39,671 nt of DNA from Prosthecobacter sp. (GTDB taxonomy: Bacteria > Verrucomicrobiota > Verrucomicrobiia > Verrucomicrobiales > Verrucomicrobiaceae). The stretch is taken from NCBI GenBank assembly GCA_035438165.1, contig DAORHS010000001.1:1-39671 (forward strand), read 5' to 3'. Under the pieces are notes generated by a model that saw only the letters and a list, made by a program, of their open reading frames with translations, searched no databases and was not told the origin of the DNA. Both the position numbers and the translations under genes were made by a program. Positions 36,849 to 39,671 of this stretch are shown here, in pieces. Each line of letters starts with the position of its first letter. Position 1 is the stretch's first letter.

Positions 36849-37024
36849 GGTTTTGGCCGTTCTTGGAAATTGTTAGGGCAATCAATACAACTCAAAAACA
36901 ATTCACCTCCTTCGCCATATTGCCTTGGTTGATCCTTCTGGCGGTGTTTGAAAGTGGCCTCCTCTCCTGGTGTCTTTCGTGGTTTCTTGATACCTACGAC
37001 CTGAAGGGCGGACCGAACATGTAC

Positions 37025-37056
37025 AAAAAAACCCCCGGTCTCACGACCGGGGGTTT
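37025..37056 (-). terminator. Rho-independent terminator of barrel gene 2
   Basis: Minus strand CCCCCGGTC-GTGA-GACCGGGGG (GNRA loop) followed by T7. Confidence 0.92.
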
Positions 37057-37104
37057 CCATAGACTGATTGGTTCTGTACGTGCCTTCCGAGAGGAAGACG
37101 AGTA

Positions 37105-38127
37105 TTAGAAGCGGATGCTCAGGGAGGCACCAGCGTACCAGACGGTTTCAAAGCCCGTGCTTGGCGGGTTGATGCCAGCAGCAGTAAGGCCTGCGTTGGA
37201 CTGGGACGCCTGAGCCGCATTGCTCAAGGCACCCATGGGCATGTTGACGGCCACATAGGGAGTCAAAGTTGCACGGCTGTTGAGCTTGATCGGGAAGGCG
37301 AGTCTGACGTTGGCAGCTGCCCAGCCGGAAATGCTGTCACCACCGCTTTCAGCGACACCCGAACCAAAGATGCCACCGGCACCACCCAGGAAGCTGTTGG
37401 CGGAGTCCGGGGTGAACTGCCAGCTGTAGCTCGCGACGTAGCCAACATTGAAGCTGGGCACGAAGCTGATGGCGTCCGTGATCGCAATGGTCGTGCTGGC
37501 GGTGAGGTCGAAGTACCAGCCGCCGTTGGTCAGGTCATAGTTGGCACTGGAAGCGAGGTCGATCGGACCCACGGAGGTGTTGATGCCGAGGTAAACTTCC
37601 TGGGTGTCATTCATGCCATGGTAGCTATTGCCAGCAAAAGTTGGTCCGTTCCAGACCTTCTGATCGGCCAAGTCGCCCATGTTGTAGAAGTAACGATAGC
37701 CGAGGCTCACGGTAGCAGGACCAAAGTCATGCGCGAAAGCAGCAGCCAATTGGAGACGCTGGAGCCCATTGCTATCGTTAAAGGGAAGACCAACTCCGCT
37801 GAAAGCAGGAGTGAACGCATCGTTGTCACCAGCGAGGAAGCCCCAGTTCACATCCCAGAGGAGGGAGGTGCTGCCGGCGCCATCTTCACCGGCACCGCCG
37901 ACGAGGAGGATGTCTCCATTAAGGCCAGCGCTGACCCAGTTGGAGCCGAAGTTGACGCCGCGCCAGACATAGCTGGAGTCGTAGCCAAGGGAGGCGTTGA
38001 TGCCGAGATCGTCATTCACCGGAGCGGGAGCGATCGGGTTTTTAGGAGCGGGAGCGGTTCCGGCCACAACGGGAGTGGCGGCCAGTGCCAAGAACCCCAG
38101 CGTTTTCAGCAATGCATTCAATTTCAT
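37105..38127 (-). CDS. Outer-membrane beta-barrel protein, paralog 2
   Basis: Signal peptide, GTAPAPKNP, YDSSYVWRG, VGGAGEDGAGS (compare IGGAAEDGAGS in paralog 1), ATLTPYVA, C-terminal GASLSIRF. Confidence 0.75.
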   Translation of the reverse strand: MKLNALLKTLGFLALAATPVVAGTAPAPKNPIAPAPVNDDLGINASLGYDSSYVWRGVNFGSNWVSAGLNGDILLVGGAGEDGAGSTSLLWDVNWGFLAGDNDAFTPAFSGVGLPFNDSNGLQRLQLAAAFAHDFGPATVSLGYRYFYNMGDLADQKVWNGPTFAGNSYHGMNDTQEVYLGINTSVGPIDLASSANYDLTNGGWYFDLTASTTIAITDAISFVPSFNVGYVASYSWQFTPDSANSFLGGAGGIFGSGVAESGGDSISGWAAANVRLAFPIKLNSRATLTPYVAVNMPMGALSNAAQASQSNAGLTAAGINPPSTGFETVWYAGASLSIRF

Positions 38128-38406
38128 AGTCTGATTAGTTTGGTATTAGGTTGGTTGGGTTGAGGTCGGACACTCGCATGGAATGCAGCAAAACAGGAGC
38201 TTTGATGCACAGTACGTGAGCCGTTCAGCCGATTAAATAGCAGCTGCCGCAATCACTGGAAAGCATTTTCTTTATCTTTCGGGCACTTTTTTGGCACGGC
38301 GGCACATCTCTAGCTTTGCCACTGGCCTCGCCTCCGTTCGTTTCCAACAAGCCCAACGGCTTGTTAATTGGTTGAATGGGGGGCTGAAGGCGGTTACTCA
38401 CGGGGC

Positions 38407-39018
38407 ATGAAGCGCCTTCTGTCCCCGGCTTTTCTCCTGGCCTGCTTGTTGCCTTTGCGTTCCCAGGAGGTCTCCCCATCTCTAGTTCTGCCGGTGCGGG
38501 TACATCTGGTGCAGTCGGTGGCTCATCCCCGACTTCAAACCACTGTTTCTGAGGCCGGTGTTCGTGCCATCTTTGACGAGGTGAATGCGATTTGGGCTCA
38601 AGCGGGCATTCGTTTTGAAATTGAGGCCGTCGGGGTGCTGCAAGCTCTGGACAGGCCCCTCAAAAAGTGGTTCGAAAGGGATCGCAACTGGGTGAAGGCG
38701 GCGATCCCAACGAATCAGTTCAGTCCCACCGCCATTGATGTGTGTTTCGTGAAGGAAATGGGGCCCAATGGATTTTTCTACGGAGAGCCGGTTGTGGTGT
38801 GCGAAAACCCCGAATTTACCAAGGTGAAAGGCGGGTCGGACAATCCTGTCGCCCGCGTGGCGGCTCACGAACTCGGCCACGTCCTGTTCCTCAAACACCG
38901 GCAGGAACACACCAACCTGATGGCCTCCGGGCGGAACGGCGTCTCCCTGAATAATCAGGAGATCAGGGATGCCAGAGAGCGAGCTCTGCAGATTTTGGGG
39001 CAGATGCCCGTGCCTTGA
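38407..39018 (+). CDS. Secreted zincin/metzincin-like metallopeptidase
   Basis: Signal peptide; VNAIWAQAGIRF; AAHELGHVLFLKH (HExxHxxxxxH, F in place of the usual G) followed by NLM Met-turn. ATG 38407. Confidence 0.75.
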   Translation: MKRLLSPAFLLACLLPLRSQEVSPSLVLPVRVHLVQSVAHPRLQTTVSEAGVRAIFDEVNAIWAQAGIRFEIEAVGVLQALDRPLKKWFERDRNWVKAAIPTNQFSPTAIDVCFVKEMGPNGFFYGEPVVVCENPEFTKVKGGSDNPVARVAAHELGHVLFLKHRQEHTNLMASGRNGVSLNNQEIRDARERALQILGQMPVP

Positions 39019-39020
39019 AC

Positions 39021-39237
39021 CTACAGCGCCTTCTTCAGAGCGAGTCCCAGCGCTTCGATCTGGGCGGCGGAATGCAGGGCGCTGACGGTGATGCGCAGCC
39101 TGGCGCTGCCTCTTGCGACCGTGGGGTAACGAATGCAGGGAATGAGGAATCCGGCATCTCGCAGGCGGGCGCTGATCTCCAGGGCACGACACGCCTCTCC
39201 CAAAATCACCGGCAGGATGGCCCCCGGGCCTGGACAT
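39021..39237 (-). CDS. bioF: C-terminal fragment of 8-amino-7-oxononanoate synthase (5' part absent)
   Basis: AILPVILGE..ALEISARLRDAGFLIPCIRYPTVARGSARLRITVSALH is the typical BioF C-terminus; similarity stops at about 39237. Confidence 0.75.
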
Positions 39238-39633
39238 ACCACCGACGGCGACGCGGTGCACCGCCTCACGCATCCCCGCTACCGCATCCCGGGCAGCTAC
39301 GTCGCGCTGGTGCACGGCCGGCCCACGGCCGAGGTGGAGAAGGCGGTGCAGGGGCGGATCGAGCTCGACGGCCGCGCGGTGGAACCACAGCGGCTCCGGG
39401 TCCGTCCGGGGAAGGAAGGCCGCAGCCTGATCGACCTGACGCTCACCGAGGGCCGCAACGGCGGGGTGCGCCGGTGGTGCGAGGCGATGGGGCTCAAGGT
39501 GGAACGGCTGGCCCGCCTCTCGTACGGCCCCGTCCGCCTCGGCGACCTGGCGGTGGGCAAGAGCCGCCCGCTCACCCCCGCGGAGGAGGCGGGCCTCTAC
39601 AAGGCCATCAAGATGGGGGGCGGCCGGGACTAG
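39238..39633 (+). CDS. C-terminal fragment of an RsuA/RluB-family rRNA pseudouridine synthase (5' part absent)
   Basis: TTDGDAVHRLTHPRY...Y, LTLTEGRN..VRR..EAMGLKVERLARLSYGPVRLGDL..G..RPLT; the S4 domain and GRLD catalytic motif are missing. Confidence 0.8.
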   Translation, partial: TTDGDAVHRLTHPRYRIPGSYVALVHGRPTAEVEKAVQGRIELDGRAVEPQRLRVRPGKEGRSLIDLTLTEGRNGGVRRWCEAMGLKVERLARLSYGPVRLGDLAVGKSRPLTPAEEAGLYKAIKMGGGRD

Positions 39634-39671
39634 GACCTTCCTGTGGCGGGGCTCACTCCTCCGGTCGTCCG

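Noticed and set aside
36770-37060. 96-aa minus-strand ORF starting at the ATG inside the start-region mimic
   Set aside because: Runs straight through a strong terminator and the sigma54 promoter region; no protein features.
38300-38315. Plus-strand sigma54-like CGGCACATCTCTAGCT upstream of the zincin
   Set aside because: Spacing is correct but the -12 element is poor; not supportable without TSS data.
39133-39633. 166-aa ORF as a complete gene
   Set aside because: The first ~35 codons are bioF antisense sequence joined across the junction; the catalytic N-terminal half is absent.

Overview
GC-rich bacterial chromosomal window, most consistent with Verrucomicrobiota (PEP-CTERM/PATR giant protein, two PVC-type cytochrome c/DUF gene pairs, CA-rich leaders without Shine-Dalgarno). 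From left to right: (1) a >1768-codon minus-strand ORF missing from the ORF track because it runs off the left edge (kinase-like lobe + DUF4011 + SF1 helicase + REase-like + WGR), translationally coupled to a soluble M48 zinc peptidase, a candidate two-gene defence/conflict system; (2) DUF1552 + DUF1592-type cytochrome c pair, ahpC, a PqaA-like hydrolase and deoC; (3) a cytoplasmic PAS-PAS kinase/NarL-type regulator pair divergent from a 3925-aa PATR/PEP-CTERM surface protein that contains a phage tail-fibre-like domain; (4) a DUF1549/DUF1553 cytochrome c gene with two in-frame palindromic DNA inserts, an interposed membrane protein gene, DUF1501, a CTP-dependent riboflavin-kinase-like gene, an esterase and ilvD; (5) two tandem paralogous outer-membrane barrel genes, where the 3' UTR of the sigma54-type copy is complementary to the start region of the other, a candidate 3'-UTR sRNA porin switch; (6) a zincin, then back-to-back truncated bioF and pseudouridine synthase fragments at a GC break, probably a chimeric contig end. 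All family assignments come from motif recognition by eye; no searches were run.
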